A DNA stretch of 64,000 bases from Chlorokybus atmophyticus. Lineage: Eukaryota; Plantae; Mesostigma and Chlorokybus algae. Of this stretch, positions 23,601-35,042 are shown piece after piece; the stretch's first letter is position 1; the number at the start of each line of letters is the position of its first letter. A program made the translations under genes and the position numbers. The stretch spans positions 841,031-905,030 of the forward strand of contig RHPI01001037.1 of assembly GCA_009103225.1 (NCBI GenBank). The letters are read 5' to 3'. Under the pieces are notes generated by a model. It worked only from the letters and a program-made list of their open reading frames with translations, was not told the origin of the DNA and ran no database searches.

Positions 23601-25638
23601 CACCCACTCGCTTGCCACCAACCAGAAGGGCGAGCTCTTCAGCTGGGGCCGCAACGCCCAAGGCCAGGTACACGCACGCACACACACACACACGAACACT
23701 TCACCCTCAATGGACACATCCACCCAACCCACTCTCCTCCCCCCAGCTCGGTGTGGGTGAAGCCAGCAAGTCCGACACGCTGTCCCCCCGCCTCGCTTCG
23801 TCCACGGTCGGTCTGGACGTGAGTTACGTGGCGACGGGGGGGTGGGCGTACGAGTACGAGGGCAACGCGATTGCTGCGACGAGTGGAGGGAGTGGTGGGA
23901 GTGGAGGGAAGGGAGGAGGGGGGGGACAGGTGTGGACGTGGGGGTGGAACGCGTTTGGACAGGGAGGGGTGGGGACGATAACCAACAGCATTGCGGCGCC
24001 GACGAGGTGAGGAGGAGGTGGGGGTGGGAGTGGGTGGGAGTGTCCACGCGCGCGCGTGCGCGTGCATGTAAGCCGCGAGCATGCACGCGTGTGTGTGTGC
24101 ATGTGCACGTGTGTTTGTGCGTGCAGGCGCGTATGGTTGATGATCCACATCCCAACTCTCCCACTCACCCCCCCTCACCCCCCCACTCCCAGACTCTTCG
24201 CCCTGGAGTCCCCCCACCTCCTCTCCTCCCTCTCCTGCGGCCAATCCACCTGCGTCGCCTCCTCCTCCCGCAAGTCCGTCCTCTCCTCCTTCTCCTGGGG
24301 TCCCAACTACTCCGGCCAGTTGGGCCACAACTTCCTCGAGCTCGGGCCCGTCCCCTCCCCCTCGCGCATCGAGACACTGAAGGGTATCAAGATTGTGTCG
24401 GTGGGGATCGGGTATGATCATGTGGTGGCGGCGGATGGGGAAGGGAAGGTGTGGGCGTGGGGGGGGAACGGGTATGGGCAACTGGGGACGGGAGATGCCA
24501 AGGAGAGGACGAGGCCGGCGCAGGTGAGGGTCGGGTGGTTGGTTGGTTGGTTGTTGTGCGGGTTGTTGTTGTGTTGTGGTTGTGTGCGCAGACACGCACA
24601 CACCCACACGCACGCGAACGCACGCGCGCACACGTGTGTGGGTGGGTGGGTGGTGAGTAGGCTGATATCTGAAGTGATTGTGTGCAGATACATGCTTTTG
24701 GTGGGGCGCCGGTGGTGTACGTGGCTGCAGGGATGCAGAGCAGCTATGCATTGACAGCCACTGGCAACGTAAGTTGTTACACAACTCTTGTGTGTTGTTG
24801 AAGTGTGGATGAGTGAGGGAGCGAATTCAACCGATAGGTGTATGCTTGGGGTTACAATGACCACTACGAGCTTGGGCTGGGCGAGGGCATTGCGCGGAAC
24901 TCTCCTCAGCTCGTGCGCGCGCTTGCGGACTTGAACATTACCGTGATAGCCGCAGGTGAGACCAGCAGTGTGCGCATAGAAGTGTGCCTGTAGGTGTGGG
25001 TGTGCGTGCGCGTCCGCGCGTGTGCGTGTGTGTGTGCGCGCGCATGTGCGTGTGGCTGTAGGTGTGCGTGTGCACATGGGTGTGCGTGTCCAGTGTTGTA
25101 CCTGACATACTTGCACAGGTGGGTACCATGCGCTGGCGGCCACGGCTGATGGCGAGCTGTTTGCGTGGGGAGACAACACGTACGGGCAGCTGGGCCTGGG
25201 CCATAAAAACCAAGGTGAGGTCCACAAACAATTGTCCAACAAGCCTTCGTTGCGTGATGTTGACATAAGAGTGGTGACACAACATGTATGCCAGTTACTA
25301 CGCCTCAAAGGGTGGAAGGCATGCCTAAGGTGGCAGCACTCGAGCCGCCTGCAGTGACATCATCAAAGGGAAGCTCAGGCAGCACTTTGCGCATGAACAC
25401 GCTGGCGGCGGGGACTTGGCACTCCGTCGCAATTGCGCGGGACTCCGGGGGCGTGTACACATGGGGCCGGGGGAACTACGGGCAGCTGGGCCACGCCGAC
25501 ATCACCGCGCAAGACCGGCCGGAGTCAACCAGACCGCGCAAGGTCGCCGACGTACGTGACTGCGAACCTGTCGGCGTGGCTGCCGCCGCATCCCACACGT
25601 TTGTTACCGCTGTCATTGGCAGCAGTTGGACTATGTGA
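20646..25638 (+). CDS. RCC1-repeat protein with 14 repeats and an N-terminal signal-peptide-like exon (many exons)
   Basis: Exon 1 ...MAVAWAMLSLLLLSVWTSTAAAA joins in phase 1 to AVGGNIRG.... Fourteen 'L/V-F/Y-x-W/F-G-x-N-x-x-GQLG' units counted (LFAFG, LFSAG, VYTWG, LFVWG, VYAWG, IYTWG, LFVWG, LFSWG, VWTWG, SFSWG, VWAWG, VYAWG, LFAWG, VYTWG). Stop at 25636-38. Confidence 0.85.
21890..22399. repeat. Perfect 228-bp inverted duplication (21890-22117 vs 22172-22399), probably an assembly artefact
   Basis: Identical translations on opposite strands in the ORF track; the left arm abuts a poly-C run and a single N at 21889. Confidence 0.85.
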
Positions 25639-25893
25639 CCACATAATGTGCACTGTTGTGCGTGTGGATGTTCACGTATGTATCCATGTGCATGTGTGCG
25701 TACGCACGTGCACGTGCTTGTCTTGTGCGTGCAAGTGCAAGTGCATGTGGCAAGTCTGAATGATTTCGCACGTGCTTGTCTTTGTATGGGATGCAGTGGG
25801 CACGTACACGCATATGTACTCAATCAAAACAGCAGCAGTCTGAATAAACAGAATCTCCAATTGGCAGCTATGGGCTACACGACAACTACACAG

Positions 25894-28103
25894 CTATACA
25901 ACGAGTTTATCGAACGACTTTCTACGCAAAAATCTCAACCCGGAGGCGGATGGCCGCGCTCTGCTACTGCCGCTGCTCTTACTACTGCTCAAGTGCAGCC
26001 GCTTGAGCAGGACCGGCAGCAGCGCGAGTGAGGCGATGCCGAAGAGCAGCAGCACCGTCTGCGTGTTGTACAGGTCGTACGGGGAATTGATGTTGGCGAG
26101 AGTGCGGCCAGCCTTCACAGCCAGGGCGCCAGCAGGCATGTGGCCGATGGCGGTGCTGAGCAAAAAGTCCCTGTAGGGAACCTAAAGCAAAAGGAAGATA
26201 AGAGAGGTTTACGGTAGGTTGGTGTGAGGTTGTTTCAGAGAGACATTGAATGGATGAGTATTGCAGTGAAGGCAGGCAGAGATCAAAGGCACAAAGACAT
26301 GACTGAATGAATGAGTGAACTTGTACATGTGAGGAATCCTCACTGAGGATGCACGCCGAAACAATTGAACAAACCAATGACCAAATGCGCGAGTGCCATC
26401 CAATGAGCCTACACTGAGCAAAGGACTGAACACGAACAAATGTATGAATGAACAGATGACTCACTCGTGACAGATTGGACGAAGTACCTGGACAGCCTAT
26501 TTAGGCATCAACGAATCAACACCAAGTACCTGGACCAACGGGGAAGCAACGTTGATGAACCAGTTGGGCACCAGCGGTGTGATGCGCAGGAACAGCATGT
26601 AGTTCAGCAAGTTGGCCCTGTGCTTGTGCACCTCCTTGCGCAGGTACTCGCTGCGTTCCGGAAACCACCGGTACACAATCTCCTTCAACAGACTTGCTGA
26701 CAAGAAGAAGCAACACGATGCCCCCAACGCACCAAACACCTGGAACGAGCCCGACAAGCGGTCACTCTTTCACCTTTTATGCTATACCATGATTATTGAA
26801 AAAATGGGTTCAGTCATGGTTGTTACCGTGACAATGGTGAGGGCAACGGGGAAGCGGTAGAGCGAGCCAGCGAGTATGCTGAGGAAGATGGAGCCCGGGA
26901 GCATCCACGTCTGCAGGAAGATGTATGACACAGAGATGCCGAGCAGCACGCGCCCGGCATACTCGTGCTTATATAGCTCCAACGTGGCCCGCACCTTGGA
27001 CACAACACACCAACATTAATCACAACATCCAACCAACATTAAACGCACATGCCTCAATACTTTGGGGGCCGTCTATGGTTCTCACCTCGCGCAGCTCGTC
27101 CATGTTGCTTGGGATCTTGAAGAGCAGCACGCCGGCGGCGGGTTTTGTTGTGAGAGTTTTGAGTGCGGGGAGGCGCGAGAGCACAAGCCACATGGCGCCC
27201 AGAGACAGCACAAACACTGCCAGCAGGGTCCCAAGCCTCTTCACATATGAAAACTTTGGGTCCAGACGCAGCGTGCGGTATGTGGAGGAGTCGTCAAGCT
27301 GCTCGGAGGATGACGTGTCATCATGCTTGTGGTCCTCGTGGCCCTTGTGGTCCTCATGGCCCTTCACCACTACAACCTGCATGCCATGTTGCATGCGTTG
27401 CTGTTGAGATGAACATATTGCACAATGTGTGAAGAAACACCTGCTCAACGTGACATGCTTGCAGCATTGTGGCACAGAAGCGTGTTCCAATCACTGTGAA
27501 TTAGCTGTTAGCAGCGGATCAAGAAAGGAAACGCATCAACTGTTTCAGTCAATGTGGCCAGCTCCACTACGATAAGCAGTAGCTCGGAGGCCGACGACAG
27601 AATGTCTAAAAGCACGTTATCAGCCCGTTCTTATTGTCAACAACTCAGCAAGCACGACAATCCTCCTGCGCTGCAATGCAAGATGGCTGTGGCTGTCATG
27701 TCGCAATCTGCTCAAGCTCAATTGAATATAGGCAACAGCACACGACTGGTTTCAACTCTGTTTGCATTAAAATTTAATATACGTTACGCACGCAGGAAAC
27801 CATCGCACTGTGTGCGCGGCTTGAAGCCCAGCATTGTGTAGGTTTGTCCACTGCGAAACGTGTGTCAAACCCAAGGTTGCAAGAAACAAATGTGACGGAG
27901 TATTACGTTACAAGGCGTACCTGGCTGAGCTCCCTCTCCCTCTCCCTATCCTTCTCCTTAGCCCTGGCAGTGGCGTGCAGATCGGACGCCGCCGGCGCCG
28001 CGGCCAGCGCAACCACCGTCGTGGCTCCCGTCCCTCCTCCGCCTCCCCCATCGCCCCCGCCTCCGGCACCACCGCCGCCGCTGCCGGCGCCCATAGGGCC
28101 CAA
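25894..28103 (-). CDS. TMEM41B: TMEM41/VTT (SNARE-associated Golgi, DedA superfamily) membrane protein
   Basis: YIFLQTWMLPGSIFLSILAGSLY, GALGASCCFFLS, LLNYMLFLRITPLVPNWFINVASP, FLLSTAIGHMP, VKAGRTL. Gly-rich first exon ends ELSQ|GT, in phase with VVVVKG. Confidence 0.85.
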
Positions 28104-30262
28104 ACAATCCTCTCAAGCCCCCATCTCGCCTGGAATCTCAAACCTCCTGCAGCGGGATCCAACCAGGCCAGGCCAGACCAAAGCGGACCAGAGCAGACCA
28201 GACCAGACCAGGCCAACACCAGCTAAACGAGACCAGCCTGCACCAGGCCACGCTGAGATCCGCTTAAGGGCAAGCGCTGTGCACCTTATGGCCACAGAGA
28301 GCAACGACAAGGGCCCAAGCAAGCAGCCTTAACCCTCCCCCGGGCGGCGGTGGGCGGGAGCTTAGCGGCAAGTGTCGTGCCAACAACCAGGCCAGAAAGC
28401 TGCGCGGCACATTCTGTCCATGCTGTTTTTTTTGCACGCGCACATGCTCAGGATTCTCTGGAGCATCCTGCTGTGCTCAGCCCGGGGTTCAGTGAACCCT
28501 GATTCCGGAGGATCCTTGAATCCATATGTTGTAATTTCTGCCTTTGAGCCCCCCCCCCCCCCGGCAGTGCTGCACCGATTGAACTCTATATATACTCCGG
28601 GGTTAGTAATGGAGTGATGTGGCTTGGCAAGTTGGCAACTCACCCAACATGCATGACACGACGTTTGCTGCTGAAGAGCTCGTAACAATCTGTTGCTGAT
28701 CTTTGACGTCCGCATCATTTTAAGTATGCATGAATAAATCCAAAGATTTGTTACAATAGCAGGCAAGAGAGCATAGAGCAGATAAGGGCCAACGCAAGTC
28801 CGAATACGAGGTGAATCTCAATTTTCGCCTTAAAAATGTCATCAGACTTTTCAGTAGCAACAGTAGTCGCTATATGAGAATTTTATTCGAAAACATTATA
28901 CGGATCGCAACAAAACAGAAGATAGAGGTTGGCCATGTCCTGGCAGCCTGACGATAACGACCACAATTGTGACGCGTAGATAATATGGTGTAAACATCAA
29001 TTGCACTCAATGCTTAATAACACATAATATTGCGTACACATGAACGAAACGTGTTATGTGCTTTGATATCATATCAAGTGTTGTTACGATGTAATGATCA
29101 TTACATTGTTAATAACTTCGAAATCATATTTGGATTTTTGATATACATATGTGAACTTTTCAACTATATAACTGGTAGTTTATAATTTATCGAATAACAT
29201 ATGTTGCAGCTTGACTCGTTAATTTTTTTATTGTAGTTGCTGGTGGTGTCGACATAAGATGATGTTCCGATTTGTGAATTTTTGATTCATGCTATATTTG
29301 CATACGTGATTTCTCATCATCAACATATGTAGCAGACCGCAAGCAACCAAGTTGTGCTGCCAAGCAATACCAGTAAAGCTTATTGTTGTATTATGCATGC
29401 ATTACACTACTGCTTCAGGCCGCAGGCTTTACCAGTGGCGATGGTGGTCAAGGCAGATATTGAGCCTCTCTCTTTCTGAGAAACTTTGCCTACCGCTGTT
29501 GGCAGATGGTTGATGATCGTTGCTATAACTTATCCGGTTGAAGTTGACAGTGCGTAACTTGATCTTAAAGGGGTGCATGCTTCTCTGACAAGCTACTTTG
29601 GTAGAAATATGCACGCACGCACGCATGCATATGTGTTCAACAATGGGCTAAGCTTAACCATAACAGTCCATACCTTAACCAGTATATCATAATGCCTCCC
29701 AACCAAGCGCTCCAAGCTTGTGACATGATGTTTTAAAATATGCATACAATGAAGAGAGCAGTGAGGAGAACGGCGATCAGAACAAGGCGATCACTCACAC
29801 AGTACAGGTGGTTACCGTAGTATGTGCTTGTTGTATACAAAAACAGACCACACAAAGCTTGCATTATTGCAAACTAGTATGCTCATGTGCACATACCGCA
29901 AGCATTGGTACTTGACCGTTGTGGAGAGTGGAGACAATGCTGTGCAACACGCGCCAAGCTCTTAACATCAAACCAGTAGCTCTCCAGCAGTTGGCCCTCT
30001 CAGTAATTGTGGAAAAGCAAATCGTGCCGCTTAAGCTACTGCTTGCTCAAGCAACACTCTTTCGAGCGGTTTGTTGCCTTGCCTGCTAAGCTTACCGTAG
30101 CTTGGCACACTGAGCGAGGAAAGTTGCGCCGCCGTCACCGCGTCATGCCGTCACCGCGTCACGCCGTCATCACGCGACCCGCAACGGTGGGCACGTTGCT
30201 AGTGGCAACTTGTTACATTATGGCTAGTGCTCGCGGTACAATATTGCTTGTGTATCAAGGTA

Positions 30263-30700
30263 CAGTCTAACCTCAATAAGTGCATACCATCGAGAACGGG
30301 CTTATGTATGCACTTATCGCGTTTATGCATCCTCGTTAAGTGCATAAATTATGCACCCGCTTCAAATGCATATATTATGCACTTGGGCTTGGCATAAATG
30401 CATAACATATGCACTTATTGAGTAAACCCAATCCTGAGTTACGTTGTAACGTGTACGATCATAACTTAAATACACTGTAATCGTAAATTATCTGTAACTC
30501 AAGCGTAATTTACTTTGATAAGTGCATAGACACACCAAAGGTTAGGCATCTCATAGTATGCACTTATCAATAAATGCATATGCTCTTAATCACAGGTCTT
30601 CCCCCTGAAGACGTCGGTGATGGCCGAATTTATGCACTAAACGCGGATATGCACTAATCGAATATGCACTTATATATATGCACTTATCGAGGTTCTACTG
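30263..30700. mobile_element. pogo/Tigger-derived MITE, 438 bp, TA TSD
   Basis: TA|CAGTCTAACCTCAATAAGTGCATA ... (rc) CAGTAGAACCTCGATAAGTGCATA|TA; many internal TATGCACTTA repeats. Confidence 0.85.
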
Positions 30701-30819
30701 TACATTGGTACACTAGTGTACCGTCACTGTGCGAATGGCCCCCCTCACAGGGTACACAGGTACATTACTCAAATTAGGGTTTGTTTAGGGTTTTAGCTCA
30801 GCTGCTCTGAGCGCCTGCT

Positions 30820-32837
30820 TTGAGCGACTCTGGCAACCTTAGCGGCGGCGGCGGCGGAGGAGGAGGAGGGGGAGGAGCTGCAGCGTTTAGAAGGTTGGGT
30901 GTGACAATGTCGCAATGGGATGCAGCAAGTGTGCTACACGATGAAGATGAGGATGTGCAGGTTGATGAGGATGGCACTGTGCAGCGGCGGCGAGCTGGTC
31001 CGCCACGCCATTGAATGTGGGTGCACTTTGATTTATTGTCTAGGAAGCAAGGTGTCACAAACCGATGTGATGGTTGCAAGTGTAAGCACTGTGGACGTGA
31101 GCGATGATACGATACAAAATTGCAGAGTGTCCTGTTAGTGTTTACGTCAAGAAGGCACTGCAGGAGCATGGAGCATCTAATAGGGCTAGCGTTGAAGCAG
31201 CTAGCACATCTGATAGTTCACGCAAGCGGTTGCACTCAACACAAACCAATCTCACAACTCATTTCAAGGCTTCTACCATGCCGCCGACACAGCAAAAAGA
31301 GCTAGACTTGCGGTTGTCGCTGTTCTTCGTGCTTAACAACATCCCTTTTCGTGTGGTGGAAGATGCATGGTTTTATGCATTGCCGCGTAAGCGTCGCGCT
31401 GCGATGGCAGGTCGCGCGGTGAGGATGGCCGTTTGGTCAACAAGGACCGTTCGTGGGCCGGATCCAACAGGCCGCGGGCAGACCAATTGTGGTACGGCCG
31501 CGAACACGGCGACGTGGGCTAGTGCCTCATTGAATTATGAGGAACTCATGGGTTAAATTTGGGAGGAATGTCACGAATTGAGATAAATTGTGACAGACCT
31601 CACTCATGGTAGTGTCTTTTACTGCCATAGCCTAGTGGTCGGACCCCAATTGTTATAGCGCTACTGGCTGCACTTGGCCGAACAACTAAAGGCGCTAGCA
31701 CCTCAACTCTCACGTAAGTAACGGCACATGCGGCACATGTCATGCGCTTGGTTGCTCCTAATCTCAATGACAGGTTACTTCAAAAAAAGCATGATCAGCG
31801 CCTTCAACTCTAGGGTCAAAGGGATGGACTGCAAGCTTGCACGGCTAGCCGCTAGCCACTCGCGGTGTTGTTCTTGGACCCACATTACAAAGGAGCAGCT
31901 GGCGGTGTTGAGAATGCACGCCCACTGCACCGCGTGGTGAGCATGACGCTGTGTGTGCATGTGCTAATCATATTGTGGCATGTACTTTTACTTGCTAACT
32001 CTTGTGATGTGCGTGTCAGGCCATCACATTCATGAAGAAACGGGGCCACAACTTGGAGGAGTGCGAGCGGTTGCTTGCGCAGTTAACTAAGTATAGAGCT
32101 GGCCTCGCCCCCTTCAACCTTCCTTGCGGTGGAGACTCATTCAACATATGGGCTTGGTGGTTGTCCGTAGGTGCAACACGCCAGGAGATTACGGACTTGG
32201 CACTTGTGTTGCTTGATCGTGTTCCGCATGCTGCTGCTCCAGAGCGCACCTTCTTGATCATAAGTTGGTTTCACAATGACAAGCGCAACCGCATGAGTGC
32301 TCACACAACAGGCATGCTGGCTTCATTCATGATGCACCACGAGCGTCGGAAGCCTGAGTAAGTGTATTGAACTTATGATTATTGTGATGAGCTTTGCTAA
32401 GCTTTGCTCATTATAATATACATTTCAGAGTCGGGGACTTTGAAATGAGAGACACCATTGCCTCATGTGATGAGGAGGTTCTTATTGAGGATGATGCCGA
32501 TGCTGAAGACTGCGTTTACGCTGAGCAATTAGAATCTGCATTGGATGAGATGTTGAGTCATAATCGTGGAGGTGATGAGGTTCTGAATGTTTTATGTGAT
32601 GAGTTGGATGCTCAGTTCCTTGAGGAGGTTGTCTTGAATCACCCCACACTAGACCCTACGTATCGACTAAGCGCGTTGCAAGCACCATCGCGCAATGCGC
32701 GCTTGCCGCATCATGTTGATAGACAGGACTTTGATGAGGAATTGCTTGCTAGGTTGATTGTTGAGACATTCTCAAAATTGATGTGCATCTGCGTTCACAT
32801 CAGCATGTTTGTTGCAAGGCTTGCAGGGTTTTGTTGA
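30820..32837 (+). pseudogene. hAT transposase remnant: BED finger at the N-terminus, C-terminal dimerisation domain, catalytic core missing
   Basis: MWVHFDLL...CKCKHC (BED), LSLFFVLNNIPFRVVEDAWF, LAVLFLDPHYK, WAWWLS...DLALVLLDRVPHAAAPERTFLIISWFHNDKRNRM (hAT dimerisation motif). Stops and frameshifts present. Confidence 0.75.
31383..31657 (+). mobile_element. 5'-truncated TRIM family B copy (internal part + PPT + 3' LTR 31569-31657) at the hAT deletion breakpoint
   Basis: Collinear with the reverse complement of 45431-45700; PPT TGGGAGGAA then TGTCACGAATTG...CAATTGTTATA. Confidence 0.9.
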
Positions 32838-33437
32838 TATAGGCTTGCATACAAATTGTATGTATCATAAAATGTATAGGTTGATAAGCAATGATGTTAT
32901 TGTGATGCTTTAATTACTAGCTGACAGTATGAGTAGCATGAAATGCAACACAACGCATAATAAAGGCTCAAAAAGCTCATGCATGAACAGAGTTAACATG
33001 TACAAGTTTTATATTAATGTACCACTGTGTACCATGTGTACAGTCTGCCCCCGTTATAAAAATACCAAATATCCTTCAACTTTCTAGTCCACCGACGGGG
33101 TTGTTCTCTTGGCGTTTAAGAGAATATATATTCTTTTATTGTTTACATAATATATATTCGACTAATCAGGGTTTAGCCAGAAATGCGCATGTGCATTTAC
33201 AAGAATGGATATGCCATTAACAAACCAAGTGCACAGCATATGTACAACTTTAATTTCATAAGTGCAGAGTATGTTGTGAACAAGTTCATAACACAAGCTA
33301 CAATATGCGTTGTGTTATAGCATGCACGGTGTTGGTATGATGAATAAATGCTCATGTGCATGTGTGTCGGCGTGCACGCACGCGCGTGCGCAGTGTACAT
33401 GTCAACTCGTTTGACATGTGTGTGCATGTGTAACAAT

Positions 33438-34913
33438 CGTCGCAAATTTTATACGGTGACTGACAAGGGACTGAGGGACTGACGGGTGCATGACCCTGCC
33501 TGACCCTACCTGATGTAACGGATTGGTCAATAATGGGACTGTTTAAGACGGCTGATACTATCAAGCAACATATATCGACGACAAGCGGTCGACTGATAAG
33601 TACCATTGACGGCGGCCTGCCTGTGACGGCAACACCGCACTTTAAGGTGACGGCTGATTGTCGGTCGTCCCATTTGCGCGATGGCGGCCTATGTTAATAA
33701 CGGATAAGTCACGTTTTGGTCACATACATAGTGACGGCCGACCGTCGATCGTACCCTGACCGTTAAAAAGTATGCGCGATAGCCTGCCTACTTTGGCAAG
33801 CCAGTTACGGTTCGTCCCTATCAGGTGACCTTATCGCGTTTATTAAGTGACGGCTGATCGCCGGTCGTGCACTTAACGCGGCGGAGACCTACTTATTGTG
33901 TGTCAAGTATGATAAGCAAGTGACCGCCGGTCCCTAAAGGTCGGCAAGTCGGGACGGTGGTACCGGCCAACAAGTTAAGACGCTGGTACAATGCAGCCGC
34001 CGTACTATGTCAATGGTACTTTCGTACCATTATAATAATACGATGATGCCGTTGCGAGTCACATTTCAACAACGCGTTTGAATAACTTGGGCTGCCCAAG
34101 TTACTCAAACGCTCAACTGCTTCAAGTTGAACAGAGCGTTGTGGGCGGCAGCGGCGGCGGCGGCGGCGGTGGCGGCGGCAACGGCTAACAGTAGGTGAGC
34201 TTGGTTGATGTTTGACGTTGTACTACGCGCAACACCGCATGCCATCCAACCACCCTCCTTGCCTTAAGGCGGCCTGGCCAGGCCAGGCGGCGGCAGCAGC
34301 GGCGGAGAAGGAACGGCGGCGGCGGAGCTGGAGCGGGCGGTGCAGGAGCTGAAGCTCAGTACAAGGGTAGTACTAGCAGTAGTACCTAAGGTAGTAGTAG
34401 CAGTAGTAGTAGTCTAGTTGTATTAGCAGTAGTAGTAGTAGCTCAGTGTATTACATTGTAATTAATTAATTTATTTATTTATTTGTTTTTTATTATATCT
34501 TACGCATTCTTGCACAGCTGATGACGACAATCACGTGTGACACCTAATCATAACTAAGCGGTACTAACAAGTACCTTTGAAGGTACACATCATTAACGAT
34601 AGGTACCTTAAGGTACCTAACAATTTCGCTCAGTTAGCGTACAATTGCCGGTACCTAATTGATAGGTATTGGTCAGTTACCTGTTGGTTAGGTCAAGTCC
34701 CCTTTGCTTAATTGTTGAGTACTTGACATGTGCCTAGTGGTTTCGGTCAGTCCCTTTATGCAGACGGCCGCCAACCAATGGTGACGGCCGTTATGCACAG
34801 GTCTCTGTATCGAGATCGCTGGTAGAGTGAAGATTAACAGTCTAAATACGTATCCTCAAGTGCACGGCCGTTACCAATACTCAGTCGGCCGGCAGGGGAA
34901 ACATTTTGCGATG
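33438..34913 (+). mobile_element. Unclassified non-autonomous TIR element 'X', copy 1 (AT flanks)
   Basis: Termini CGTCGCAA...TTGCGATG, AT on both sides, collinear with 39767-41297 and rc of 41779-43302; no long ORF. Confidence 0.8.
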
Positions 34914-35042
34914 ATATATGCGTGACCATGAGTAAACAGCATGCATCTACATGGCCATCCTCGCATGTATATGCACCACAATCAAGTCTCAATACACTGC
35001 TCTACAACAATGGGCTCATCGCCAGCTAGACAAATAAACCAC

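Larger units (their letters stand above)
30746..33038 (+). mobile_element. hAT-superfamily element, internally deleted
   Basis: Imperfect TIRs CACAGGGTACACAGGTACATTA and (rc) CACATGGTACACAGTGGTACATTA enclose hAT transposase remnants. No 8-bp TSD is recognisable because a pogo starts immediately to the right. Confidence 0.65.

Noticed and set aside
28141-28330. (CCAGA/CCAGG)n pentamer run also seen inside element X
   Set aside because: Short low-complexity repeat with no flanking similarity to element X; no evidence of shared origin.
29429-30000. Weak transposase-like peptides (PFKIKLR; NCWRATGL) on the minus strand
   Set aside because: Too short, and in the wrong order for a DDE_1 transposase.
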